The translations under genes were made by a program, and so were the position numbers. Below are positions 26,575 through 35,403 of a stretch of DNA of 64,000 bases, piece after piece. Each line of letters starts with the position of its first letter. The first letter of the stretch is position 1. Origin of the DNA: Verrucomicrobiales bacterium (GTDB taxonomy: Bacteria; Verrucomicrobiota; Verrucomicrobiia; Verrucomicrobiales; V1-33); the NCBI GenBank assembly GCA_031411295.1, contig JANOAV010000091.1, positions 13,838 through 77,837 on the forward strand, in the 5' to 3' direction. The notes under the pieces were generated by a model, which was not told the DNA's origin, made no database searches, and saw only the letters and a program-made list of their open reading frames with translations.

Positions 26575-28425
26575 TTATTCTTTGGAGGATGGGTAAGCTT
26601 CAGCAATCCGGGCGACGAATTCGTCGATGAAAATTTCCATGCCATTAATCGCTTCTTTGATACGGGAGCTGAGATAGCTGTAGAGGAACAACGCGGGGAT
26701 GGCGACCGCCAGACCAGCCACCGTGGCCAGCAGCGCGCCCGCAATACCAGGAGCAATGGAGTTGATTTCCACTTCGCCACTCTGCGCGATCACCGCAAAG
26801 GTGATCATAACGCCGATCACGGTTCCCAGCAGCCCAAGGTAGGGACCGCCTGCGATGCCGATGGTGAGAAATACCAACTTGCTGTTCAGGCGCTGCACTT
26901 CGCGGACGTGACCACCGTCCAAGGTTGCGCGGATGGCTTCGATGGAACGACCCGACAGGCCATCAAATTTCTGCTTGGGATCATCGATCCGCTTTTGGAT
27001 TTCCTGAGAGCCAATGTGGTAAATGTGGAACAAGGGAGACTGCCGCATGATTTTCTGCTCGCCCCCAGAAGACGCGCCCAGGCTCTTGGCTCCATCGTCG
27101 CTACTGTGATCCAAGGCTGTTAAGTCACTGGAAAGGCCTTCCCACCGCTTCAAAAACACTTTGGAAGCTTTATTGATTTTATTGAGGTAAAGGAACTTCT
27201 GCACGCCCACGGCCCAACCGACGACCGCCAGGATAATGCAGCCGAAAATAACGATGACACCGTCCGGGGTAAGGTCCTTGGAGATGTCCCTAAAGAGCGC
27301 AATGTGCTTGGAAATTTCGCTCTCGTGCTCCGCCGGGGTGCCTGACTCTGGAGCGCCTTGGGTAATGAGCTTGGCAGCTTCGGCCGAGTTTCCCTGGCTG
27401 ATGGCAGCTAATTTGATGCTGCCGACTTCACGGGCAACTTTGGAAATTTGCAGTTCATCAATCTCACCGGTAAAGGCGGCCGGTGAATTTTCGTCGCGTC
27501 CCAGAATGCACGGGCCAACCAGTGCTGGCAGCGGAGTGGCCACGGTCCCGGCGGCCAGTCCATTCACATAGAGGGTGATCGCAGGCCCGTTGGCAATGAC
27601 CGCTAAATGAGTCCAGACATTGACGATCAAGGGGGTGGTCCCAGCAGCGGTTTGCTTGGCTCCGCCCGTGGTGATTTCCACGAAGGGCAGCCCGGCATTT
27701 TCCCCCACCACAAACCCATTCCCGCCTTCATGGCGGCTGAAGAGCGCGGCATTGGTTTTTAAGGCCGTGGGCTTAATCCATGCGGACCAGGTCAAGGCCC
27801 CGCCTGCGGTCCACGCCAGCGCAGGGTTGTCAATGGAAATGGGCGTGGGGGCGGGCAAACGCAAGCCCGTCCCGATAACGGCCCCGGCTGCCGCCGCACC
27901 TGCCTTGTCCGGCACAATCTGGTTAGGGGATGAGTCCATGGCCGGGGCATTGTTCTCAGAAAAGTGATACACCAGAGTGGTGTCGGCATCGTAAGTTGCC
28001 TTCGGTTCGAATTTCTTTTCCGTGGCCTTACTATTTCCGTAGTAGAGCCATAAATTGGTGGCCACTTCAGGCTTTACGTCCGGCACCTTGACCCACACGG
28101 CGGCTTCGTTCAGCAGGCTGTCCCAGGTGTCAATGTGATAGGAAAGGAGCGTCTTATCATCGTCGGCCAGGAATCGTAGATCCGCTCCATCGGGCAGGGC
28201 TTCGACGGGAAAATTTGCATCTTTCAAGCGCACCAACACCGCGGTGGTGCCGATGGGGTTGCCGATGTCGTATCCTTTGGAAGTGGTATCAATCGTGATC
28301 CGCTTGCGCAAGGTCCATTCCGCATTCCACCACGGCCCGGCCACACTGGCGGACGCGGTGATGAGCAGCAAGAGGGAGGTTAGCAGGAAGGATCTGGAAG
28401 TGCGGAGAAACATAGATGGAGACAA
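26575..28425 (-). CDS. exbB: DUF2341 + LamG/concanavalin-like + MotA/TolQ/ExbB proton-channel fusion
   Basis: N-terminal WWNAEWTLRKRITID, DGADLRF, AAVWVKVP, LWLYYGN (DUF2341). LamG-like WTHLAV..ITLYVNG..FTGEIDELQIS. ExbB GPYLGLLGTVIGVMITF and APGIAGALLATVAGLAVAIPA. Confidence 0.9.
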   Translation of the reverse strand: MSPSMFLRTSRSFLLTSLLLLITASASVAGPWWNAEWTLRKRITIDTTSKGYDIGNPIGTTAVLVRLKDANFPVEALPDGADLRFLADDDKTLLSYHIDTWDSLLNEAAVWVKVPDVKPEVATNLWLYYGNSKATEKKFEPKATYDADTTLVYHFSENNAPAMDSSPNQIVPDKAGAAAAGAVIGTGLRLPAPTPISIDNPALAWTAGGALTWSAWIKPTALKTNAALFSRHEGGNGFVVGENAGLPFVEITTGGAKQTAAGTTPLIVNVWTHLAVIANGPAITLYVNGLAAGTVATPLPALVGPCILGRDENSPAAFTGEIDELQISKVAREVGSIKLAAISQGNSAEAAKLITQGAPESGTPAEHESEISKHIALFRDISKDLTPDGVIVIFGCIILAVVGWAVGVQKFLYLNKINKASKVFLKRWEGLSSDLTALDHSSDDGAKSLGASSGGEQKIMRQSPLFHIYHIGSQEIQKRIDDPKQKFDGLSGRSIEAIRATLDGGHVREVQRLNSKLVFLTIGIAGGPYLGLLGTVIGVMITFAVIAQSGEVEINSIAPGIAGALLATVAGLAVAIPALFLYSYLSSRIKEAINGMEIFIDEFVARIAEAYPSSKE

Positions 28426-28450
28426 GCTAGCGAGAGGTTAGTAAACAAAT

Positions 28451-30196
28451 TTAAAAATCGGCCCAGACGCGGAACGAGAGCAGCACGTCGCCCACTTTGG
28501 CGTTCGGTTGATCCACCAGTGGCCACCCCGCATCTAACGAGCCGTTGAGGTGGTTCTTCAATTTCACATGCGTGCCAATTCCGACACTCATGAGTTTGAA
28601 GGTGTCCTTCTGTTCGGGAAGAGGATCAAGCAGCGAGAGTCGCGCTCCATCCCAAAAGGCATAGATGCGCCATTCGTTTTCAGGGTCCCGTGTGACCTCA
28701 CCTTCTTTTTCGGGCTTGGGATTCATTTTGCCGAGCAGGGACGGGGAGCGGAGTTCCAGGCTGCCGGCAATGGCGTTGTCGCCCAAGGTGGTGGATTCAA
28801 GATACCCGCGCACGGTGCCCATGCCGCCGGCGGAAAATTGCTCGCTGTTGATGAGCGGACTGCCCGTGCCCTGACCTTGGATTTTCCCAAAGACCTGTAA
28901 TCCCAATGGCAAATCGTGGGTGTGGGCAACGTCGCCCCGCACGTGGAAGAAGGCTCCGTTGGCCTTGTAGCGCTTGTTGTCGAATTCCGCTTCATCGCTG
29001 CCGGTTCCCCGGAAGCTCCAAGTGGCGCTGGCATTGAGTTCCGTGAAGGATTTCTTACCGGACCAATTGGCTCCGTAACTCGCGCTGATTGGATAGTAGG
29101 TAATCGGGGTGGCAATCTCATTGGTGCCGACGATGACATTTTCCTTAAAATGTTTGTAGTCCGCCCCGAAACTTAGTGACTGGTAGAAGCCAGTGTCCGT
29201 TGGTAAATTGAACAGGCCGCGCATCCCCAGGATTTCGCCTCGACCAGCCACGGCGGCTCCACCCAGCGTGGAGACATTGCTGTCCTGCTTCGTGCCCATG
29301 AACATCAGGCTCACATCGTCGAAGTTAGGGAATCGCATCAAGTAGTAACTGGAAATCACGGAAGCATCTTCCGGATCCTGCGGAGCCACTTGATAACTCA
29401 CTCCCAAGGCGTGGCCCAACTGCCAGAGATTGGCATAGCTGAGGGATGCATTGAGCCGCAACGGTTCGGTGTCGGCGGTGTAACGATTGTTCAATTCCAC
29501 GCTGCCATGCATGGGAAACTTATCTTTGACGATGAGGTCGATGTCCAAGGTCCCTGGTTCAACACCCGGTCTCACCCCCGTTCTTACACCGGGCTCATCA
29601 CTCTTCTGACCTGTCTCAGGCACGATAGTAATCTGTCGATCTGGCATTTGATTTAGAGCAATCAGGTCGCGTTTAACATCATCTCTATTCAAGACCTTGC
29701 CTTCAGCCAGCGACGGCACGCGACGCTTGATTTGCTCCAGCGAAAAGTAGCGCGAACCATATACGCGCAGGCGGCCCACCGGATTCTCCGAAACGATCAT
29801 TTTGATCACGCCCCGCCGTGGCTCCTGCTGCGGAACTTCGACGCTCACGGCTTCGTAGCCAGCGGCCGCAAACGCCTTCTGCAAAGCCAGTCGAGCCTGT
29901 TCTACATCTGCTGCGGTGCGGCCTGGACCCATGAAGGGATAGACTGCTTTCTCGACGTCCTTTTGCGGTAAACTTTTGACGCCAGACACCCGATATTCCC
30001 GAACATACAAAGTCGGTTCTTCGGCTCCTTGGTCCGCCGGGCCAGCGTCAGCTCCAGCCTCGGAATTGGCTTCGGCTGCTGGCGTTGCATTCTCGGCGGC
30101 CGCAGGCTCTTGCGCCACGGCCAGAGATTCCAGACAACACCAGCAGAACAACGCGGAAATCCCGCGCAGAGGGTGAATGGAGGATGGAAAAGGCAT
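28451..30196 (-). CDS. ShlB/FhaC/HecB-family TpsB transporter (POTRA + Omp85 barrel; PdtB-like)
   Basis: POTRA (YVREYRVSGVKSL...ARLALQKAF), barrel motifs SEQFSAGGMGTVRGY (VRGY loop-6 motif) and GSLELRSP, C-terminal Phe. Start reassigned to MPFPSSI. Confidence 0.92.
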   Translation of the reverse strand: MPFPSSIHPLRGISALFCWCCLESLAVAQEPAAAENATPAAEANSEAGADAGPADQGAEEPTLYVREYRVSGVKSLPQKDVEKAVYPFMGPGRTAADVEQARLALQKAFAAAGYEAVSVEVPQQEPRRGVIKMIVSENPVGRLRVYGSRYFSLEQIKRRVPSLAEGKVLNRDDVKRDLIALNQMPDRQITIVPETGQKSDEPGVRTGVRPGVEPGTLDIDLIVKDKFPMHGSVELNNRYTADTEPLRLNASLSYANLWQLGHALGVSYQVAPQDPEDASVISSYYLMRFPNFDDVSLMFMGTKQDSNVSTLGGAAVAGRGEILGMRGLFNLPTDTGFYQSLSFGADYKHFKENVIVGTNEIATPITYYPISASYGANWSGKKSFTELNASATWSFRGTGSDEAEFDNKRYKANGAFFHVRGDVAHTHDLPLGLQVFGKIQGQGTGSPLINSEQFSAGGMGTVRGYLESTTLGDNAIAGSLELRSPSLLGKMNPKPEKEGEVTRDPENEWRIYAFWDGARLSLLDPLPEQKDTFKLMSVGIGTHVKLKNHLNGSLDAGWPLVDQPNAKVGDVLLSFRVWADF

Positions 30197-30387
30197 GAGT
30201 CGGTTGAGGTGTTTTAAAATTTGGGTTGGATCACCTATCTCATGGTGTGGACTCAACTCTCAAGATGTGCTGTGTGACATTGTCGTTTCACAATTACTGG
30301 AATCACCCAACGATGGTGTCGCCAACTTTCCCCTTCCAGACGCGGAACTCCCTTCGTCCCGCGGGTTGATGCTAGGATGGGGGTGCT

Positions 30388-30405
30388 CTGTGACTTTCCT
30401 GTTAC
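30388..30405. promoter_or_regulatory. Pho-box-like / OmpR-PhoB-family 11-bp direct repeat upstream of the TPS-TonB operon
   Basis: CTGTGAC-TTTC-CTGTTAC (11-bp period; each half is one mismatch from CTGTCAC), ~190 nt upstream of tpsB. Confidence 0.35.
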
Positions 30406-30466
30406 CATCAATACCGCCACTGTAGCGGCCTGCTTTTATGCTAGGATGGGAACATTTCCCTCTCTG

Positions 30467-31813
30467 TCAAAGCACCCAGCCGTTGCGGGGCTCGCGGCGG
30501 AGGAATTTCTCCGCTTCTGGCGCATTGGGGAAGCGCAGATTCTTGGCATCCCACGCGAGTTTCTTGCCAGCGCGGAAGGCCACGTTTCCCAGATGATTCG
30601 CTTCCGTCAGTGGCCCGGCATAACTAAAGGGACTGGCGGTGGGGGTGCCATTTTTGATGGCGTTAAGCCATTCCTGCTGGTGTCCCGGACTGTCCGGGAT
30701 GAACTGGGTGGGGCGCTTGAAGTCCTTGAAATCAGCCTCCGGTAAGAGTTGATGTTTGCTATAGTCTGAGATGAGCATGCCCTTATCTCCGATGAAGAGC
30801 ACCCCGCTGTCATAGTGCGGAAGCTTCTCCTCGAGGAGGATTTGTGGTTTCTGGGTCCCTTGGTGCCAGGTCACTTTGCAAGGAGGCAAGTCGCCTCGCG
30901 CCCCGTATTCATAGACTGCCTTCATACTGGCCGGAGCCAGCTCCGCGTCGGGTGAGGGACCGCTGGCTTCGATGGTGCGCGGAGCATCCAATTTTAGGGC
31001 CCAGAACGGCAGATCATTCCAGTGGCTGCCCAGATCACTCATGGTGCCATTGCCGAAATCCCACCAGCGATACCATTTGGGGCCGGGAAAATAGACTTCA
31101 TGATAGGGGCGAAACGGGGCCGGCCCCAGCCAAAGATCCCAATCCAAATACTCCGGCGGAGCCATACCTTCAGCAGGGCGGGCGGTAACACTAACGATAT
31201 CACCATGAGCCCTGGCTTCGTCCGCGCTCTGCAATCCCCAGGCCCGGGAAACCCAGACATGCGCCTCAGTTACCGTGCCGATGGCACCGCTCTGAATCAA
31301 CTCCACCACGCGATGGTAGTTATTGCCGGCGTGAATCTGCGTGCCCATCTGCGTGGGCGCTCCGGACTTGGCCGCGGCTTCGGTGATGAGGCGGGCTTCC
31401 TGCACGTTGTGAGTTAGGGGTTTCTCGCAATAGACCGCTTTCTTCGCCCGCAGTGCCGGCATGGTGGCAAAGGCATGAGTGTGTTCTGTGGTGCTGACCA
31501 CGACCCCATCGTAATCCTGAATCTTGGTGTAGAGTTCCCGGAAATCAGAGAAACGCTTCGCCTCTGGATGGTGTGCCCCAGCGGCTTCCAAGTTGCGTTT
31601 ATTGACGTCACACAGCGCCACGATTTCCACTTGGGGATCTTTACTCACCTCCGCTAAATTTGCCCCGCCCCGACCTCCACTGCCGATGACGAGCAGGCGG
31701 ATCTTGCGGTTTGGCGAAGCACTCCGCACAATGGCCGGAAACGCCAGTGTGCCAGTGGCCAAGGTTGCTTGGCTCAGGAAACGACGTCGGGAGAAATCAG
31801 TAGATGGGTGCAT
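30467..31813 (-). CDS. Tat-exported Gfo/Idh/MocA oxidoreductase
   Basis: SRRRFL Tat motif, IGSGGRG Rossmann motif, [22 protein letters not shown]-like [10 protein letters not shown]. Start reassigned to [13 protein letters not shown]. Confidence 0.92.
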   Translation of the reverse strand: MHPSTDFSRRRFLSQATLATGTLAFPAIVRSASPNRKIRLLVIGSGGRGGANLAEVSKDPQVEIVALCDVNKRNLEAAGAHHPEAKRFSDFRELYTKIQDYDGVVVSTTEHTHAFATMPALRAKKAVYCEKPLTHNVQEARLITEAAAKSGAPTQMGTQIHAGNNYHRVVELIQSGAIGTVTEAHVWVSRAWGLQSADEARAHGDIVSVTARPAEGMAPPEYLDWDLWLGPAPFRPYHEVYFPGPKWYRWWDFGNGTMSDLGSHWNDLPFWALKLDAPRTIEASGPSPDAELAPASMKAVYEYGARGDLPPCKVTWHQGTQKPQILLEEKLPHYDSGVLFIGDKGMLISDYSKHQLLPEADFKDFKRPTQFIPDSPGHQQEWLNAIKNGTPTASPFSYAGPLTEANHLGNVAFRAGKKLAWDAKNLRFPNAPEAEKFLRREPRNGWVL

Positions 31814-31991
31814 GGTGAACGTTCTAGCCTGAAACGTCACGGCCTGCCCAGCCTTTCCGTGTCCGCTCTTGCGGAGGACCTCATTACTTGCCGGGTCAAC
31901 AAGCGACCCGCCGACACGTGGGAGGGAACCGTGTCGGCGGGCGCTGGTTACCACCAAGGACTAGGTTGGTCCTCAGCGTCTAGGGGAGAGC

Positions 31992-32681
31992 TTATTGGCG
32001 GAAGGCCAGATCGTCGATGGCGAAGGTTTGCAGCACAGTGGAACCAGGGATGGTTACCGTGATCCGCACCGCAATGATGCCACCAGCCACCGTGGCGGAA
32101 CGGGCGATGAAGGCGTCCCGTGTAGGGATCGGGGCAATGGGCACCAGTTGATTGGCAATGATGATGGGTCCACCTGATTGGAAGAACTCAGCTCTGATTT
32201 GCTGAGCGTTTTGCTGCTGGAGCACTGTGAAGCCGACGAGGCGGGTCGGCAGCGCGTTGGAGGGCAGCAGTTTGAAGATCAAAGGAGCGGCCACGGGCTG
32301 TTTCAGGAGTCCCTTATTGGAAATTGGAATTTGTGGCCCCATGGTGTTCTGCATGTTCACGGGGTTGCCGAAGCCGACCAGCATGCTGTTGATCAAACCA
32401 GCACCATATTGGGCCTTGATCGTGTTGATGCCCAGCGCAGGGAAGGGGGTGATGCTTTGGGGCTGATCGAAGTTGATCACGCCGGACATGTTCAAGGGGA
32501 AACCGGTCGTTACAGCGGTATTGAAATTAGCGTAGGTCACTGGGAAAGCGACGTTGAAGATATCCGGTGTATTCAGATTGAGGAAATTTTCGTCGTATTG
32601 CCCAACGGTGTTCACGACGGCTTGGGCTTGGAGGCTGGCGCAGGTGGCAATAAGGGCGATGGCGGTGGCGATGAGTTTCAT
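31992..32681 (-). CDS. Secreted beta-rich protein of unknown function
   Basis: Clear signal peptide MKLIATAIALIATCASLQA; N/Q/P/V/I/F-rich, with few charged residues; ends FAIDDLAFRQ. Confidence 0.75.
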   Translation of the reverse strand: MKLIATAIALIATCASLQAQAVVNTVGQYDENFLNLNTPDIFNVAFPVTYANFNTAVTTGFPLNMSGVINFDQPQSITPFPALGINTIKAQYGAGLINSMLVGFGNPVNMQNTMGPQIPISNKGLLKQPVAAPLIFKLLPSNALPTRLVGFTVLQQQNAQQIRAEFFQSGGPIIIANQLVPIAPIPTRDAFIARSATVAGGIIAVRITVTIPGSTVLQTFAIDDLAFRQ

Positions 32682-32870
32682 AAGCGTGTAGTTAGTTAAT
32701 GGTTGGTTTGATTGATGATTGAGCGTTGGTTTGAAATTCAGCGTCGGATCGGCTGATCGTTCGCGGCTTCATAAACATCATCGCAATGCCTCCGACCCAT
32801 TTGCAAAATTCTGAAAGTTTTTTGCGAACCCGAGTAAAAAGGAAACTTTGGTTGCGGGAACGCAGGGGAG

Positions 32871-33803
32871 ATGGCTGGATTTGGGATGCTCCATCCCCCA
32901 CCAGAACTCACCCTGCCCACTGGCCAACGCGTTGGTTGGCGGGAATACGGCGTGCCCACGGGATCACCGATTTTTTTCAACAACGGCTGGCCGGGTTGTT
33001 CGCTACAGGCGGTTTATCTGCATGAGTTGGCAGTGCGTCACGGCCTGCGCATTGTTTCGCCAGATCGCCCGGGTTTCGGTCGTTCCAGTTCCCAGTCGGG
33101 CCGCAGTTTGCTGGACTGGCCTCCGTTAGTTGCCGCCATCGCAGATCGCTTGGGTATTGATCGGTTCGCCATCCTGGGGGTATCCGGCGGCGGGCCTTAC
33201 GCCTTGGCTACGGCCTGGGCGTTGGGCTCTCGGGTGCAAGCAGTGTGCCTCTGCTGTGGAGCGGTGCCAACCCACACCCCTGAAGCTAGGAAAGGCCTGT
33301 TAAAGGCCTATCGATTCATGCTGGGGCTAAATGATATGGCCCCGTGGTCATTGCCTTGGTTGTTGCGCGTGGCGGCCATGGCCGCCCGTCTGCCGTTGCC
33401 ATATCCCTTGTTGAAACTTTTCTTTCCCCTCCTGCTTCCAAAGCAGGACGCGGCCGCACTGTGTAACCGACACATCTTCGACCTATTTCTCCCGTCCTAT
33501 CAAGGCGCGATGATTGCCGGGGGCGGAGCACTCTATCAGGATGGCTATCCCTACACCCAGCCATGGCCCTTCCCGGTGGAAGAGATTAAAGCTCCCATAA
33601 GAATGTGGCACGGCACCGATGATGCGAACTTCCACATAGACCAAGCCCGGTTGCTGGCGGCTCGTCTTACCAACGGCACTTTCAATGAACGGAATGAAGG
33701 GCATTACTCTCTGCCGTTCAATTGCGCGGAGGAAATGGTAAAGGATTTGCTGGTTGCCACTGGTCGTGGTCCACTTACGTGCGCGTCTATGCGGACAGTG
33801 TGA
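32871..33803 (+). CDS. Alpha/beta hydrolase (3' end appears to read into the EF-G remnant)
   Basis: GWPG oxyanion region, PDRPGFGRS, GVSGGG nucleophile elbow, WHGTDD, EGHYSL catalytic His. Confidence 0.9.
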   Translation: MAGFGMLHPPPELTLPTGQRVGWREYGVPTGSPIFFNNGWPGCSLQAVYLHELAVRHGLRIVSPDRPGFGRSSSQSGRSLLDWPPLVAAIADRLGIDRFAILGVSGGGPYALATAWALGSRVQAVCLCCGAVPTHTPEARKGLLKAYRFMLGLNDMAPWSLPWLLRVAAMAARLPLPYPLLKLFFPLLLPKQDAAALCNRHIFDLFLPSYQGAMIAGGGALYQDGYPYTQPWPFPVEEIKAPIRMWHGTDDANFHIDQARLLAARLTNGTFNERNEGHYSLPFNCAEEMVKDLLVATGRGPLTCASMRTV

Positions 33804-34846
33804 CGACAGACCTCACTGTCTAGAATCCACGCACCCAACGGACCGAGCTCGTGGGCCGACTGCTGCGGGTCTTTGCAAATCGCTGGACGGAAATTGAGTC
33901 GGCGGGGGCGGGAGAAATCTGCGCCATCGCAGGCCTGCGCGAGTTTACCACCGGAGACACGTTGTGCCATCCACAACAACCTCTGATGTTGGAGCCTCCT
34001 GCATTTCCGGATCCCGTGGTCAGCATAGCGGTGGAAGCCATCAGCCGCGCTGAACAAACGCGACTGGCGGAAGCCCTGGCGCGTGTGAGCGATGAAGACC
34101 CGACCTTCCGTGTCAGCACCCATCCTGAAACCGGACAATGTCTCATTTCCGGCATGGGGGAACTGCACCTCGAAGTCGTGCGACGTAAACTGAAGGATGA
34201 TCATCAAGTGGAAACACTGGTTGGTCCTCCGCAGATTGCCTATCGCGAGACGATCCGAGGCTCAGCAGCCGTCAGCCATTTACTGCGCAAGCAGAATGGT
34301 GGTCAGGGCATGTATGCCCGCGTGGATTTGGCGGTTGAGCCAACGCCACGCGGCAGTGGCGTGCAGATCCGGCAGGCAGTGGCGGGCGGGGCGATTCCAG
34401 TCCAGTTTCTCAATGCAGTGCATCGGGGAATTCAAGATAGTCTGCTCAACGGGCCGCTGGAAGGTGCTCCGGTGGTGGATCTGGCCATCATCATCACTGA
34501 TGGTGACGCGCACGTGAAAGACTCCAACGAACAGGCGTTCCGCCTGGCCGTAGCAGAAGCCATGCGGGAGGCGTTGGCCTCCGCGCAGCCCGTGCTGCTG
34601 GAGCCGATCATGACGCTGGAGTGTTCCACCCCAGAGGCACATCAAGGCGACATCATAGGCGGTCTGAACCAACGGCGGGCGCGCATCACCGCGCTCCATT
34701 CCGATGGTCATCTAGCCGTGGTGGCGGCGGAAGTGCCGTTGGCCGAAATGTTCGGCTATGCCGGTGCCATCCGCAGCCTCTCCAAAGGCCGCGCGTCCTA
34801 TAGCATGACTCCGTCCTGCTACCGGGCCGTTGCGCAGGTGCCGTAA
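33773..34846 (+). pseudogene. fusA: Truncated elongation factor G paralogue: end of domain II plus domains III-V, no GTPase domain
   Basis: ORF 33851..34846 has EF-G motifs AGEICAIAGL, TTGDTLC, FPDPVVSIAVE, EDPTFRV, SGMGELHLE, PQIAYRETI, LLEPIM, VPLAEMFGY, LSKGRASYSM. The same frame upstream reads TYVRVYADSVTTDLTV*NPRTQRTELVGRL with TAG at 33821-33823. No G-domain upstream. Confidence 0.85.
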
Positions 34847-34900
34847 AACAAAACTAAATGGCGGGAATTGGGGCAACCCCAGGTCCCGCCAGTTTTGTTT
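34846..34900. terminator. Bidirectional intrinsic terminator
   Basis: aaacaaaact-aaa-tggcggga-at-tgggg-caa-cccca-gg-tcccgcca-gttttgttt: GC stem flanked by A-rich and T-rich tracts, between convergent genes. Confidence 0.75.
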
Positions 34901-34962
34901 GCTAGACCGATCCATGGGTAGGAGGCCTGGCTTAGATCGGGCTGGCTTCCCCCACCCCATGG

Positions 34963-35307
34963 CTACTTCCCACGTTCCATGGCGGTTCCAGGGAAATGCT
35001 CCACGCCCCAATGGGCGACGCTGAGCACCACGGGCTTGAGCGACTGCCCCCGGGGAGTAAGTTGATAGCACATCCGGCGTTTATCATTCGCTGCGGGCTT
35101 GCGGGTTACAATGCCGGTCTGGGTGAGCCATGCCAAGCGGGCACTCAGGATATTCGTGGCGATTTTCTCCGGGGCGGTCAGAAACTCATCGAAGTATTGC
35201 TTCCCGCAGAATAAGTCACGGATCACCAGCAGCGACCAACGGTCGCCCAGCAAATCAAGAGTGCAGGCAATGGGACAAGTGGAACGCCACTGGGATTTTG
35301 GAATCAT
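34963..35307 (-). CDS. HxlR/DUF24 (MarR-like winged helix) transcriptional regulator
   Basis: RSTCPIACTLDLLGDRWSLLVIRDL, IATNILSARL, YQLTPRGQSL. Confidence 0.92.
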   Translation of the reverse strand: MIPKSQWRSTCPIACTLDLLGDRWSLLVIRDLFCGKQYFDEFLTAPEKIATNILSARLAWLTQTGIVTRKPAANDKRRMCYQLTPRGQSLKPVVLSVAHWGVEHFPGTAMERGK

Positions 35308-35318
35308 CTGGAATTATT

Positions 35319-35375
35319 ACTTGCGTTTTGCAAGTTTGTCCATCATGAATTGGCTATCACTTGCGTTCTGCAAGC
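35319..35375. promoter_or_regulatory. Twin palindromic operator ACTTGC-N5-GCAAG(T/C) in the divergent HxlR/DinB promoter
   Basis: ACTTGCgttttGCAAGT at 35319-35335 and ACTTGCgttctGCAAGC at 35359-35375, 40 bp apart. Confidence 0.75.
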
Positions 35376-35403
35376 CAATTAAACACCCTCCTCTTCCAAA
35401 CAT

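Noticed and set aside
30273..30292. CRP/FNR site
   Set aside because: TGTGA and TCACA are separated by 10 nt rather than the canonical 6; kept only as an unassigned inverted repeat.
33704..34207. 167-aa minus-strand ORF
   Set aside because: Antisense reading of the EF-G fragment.
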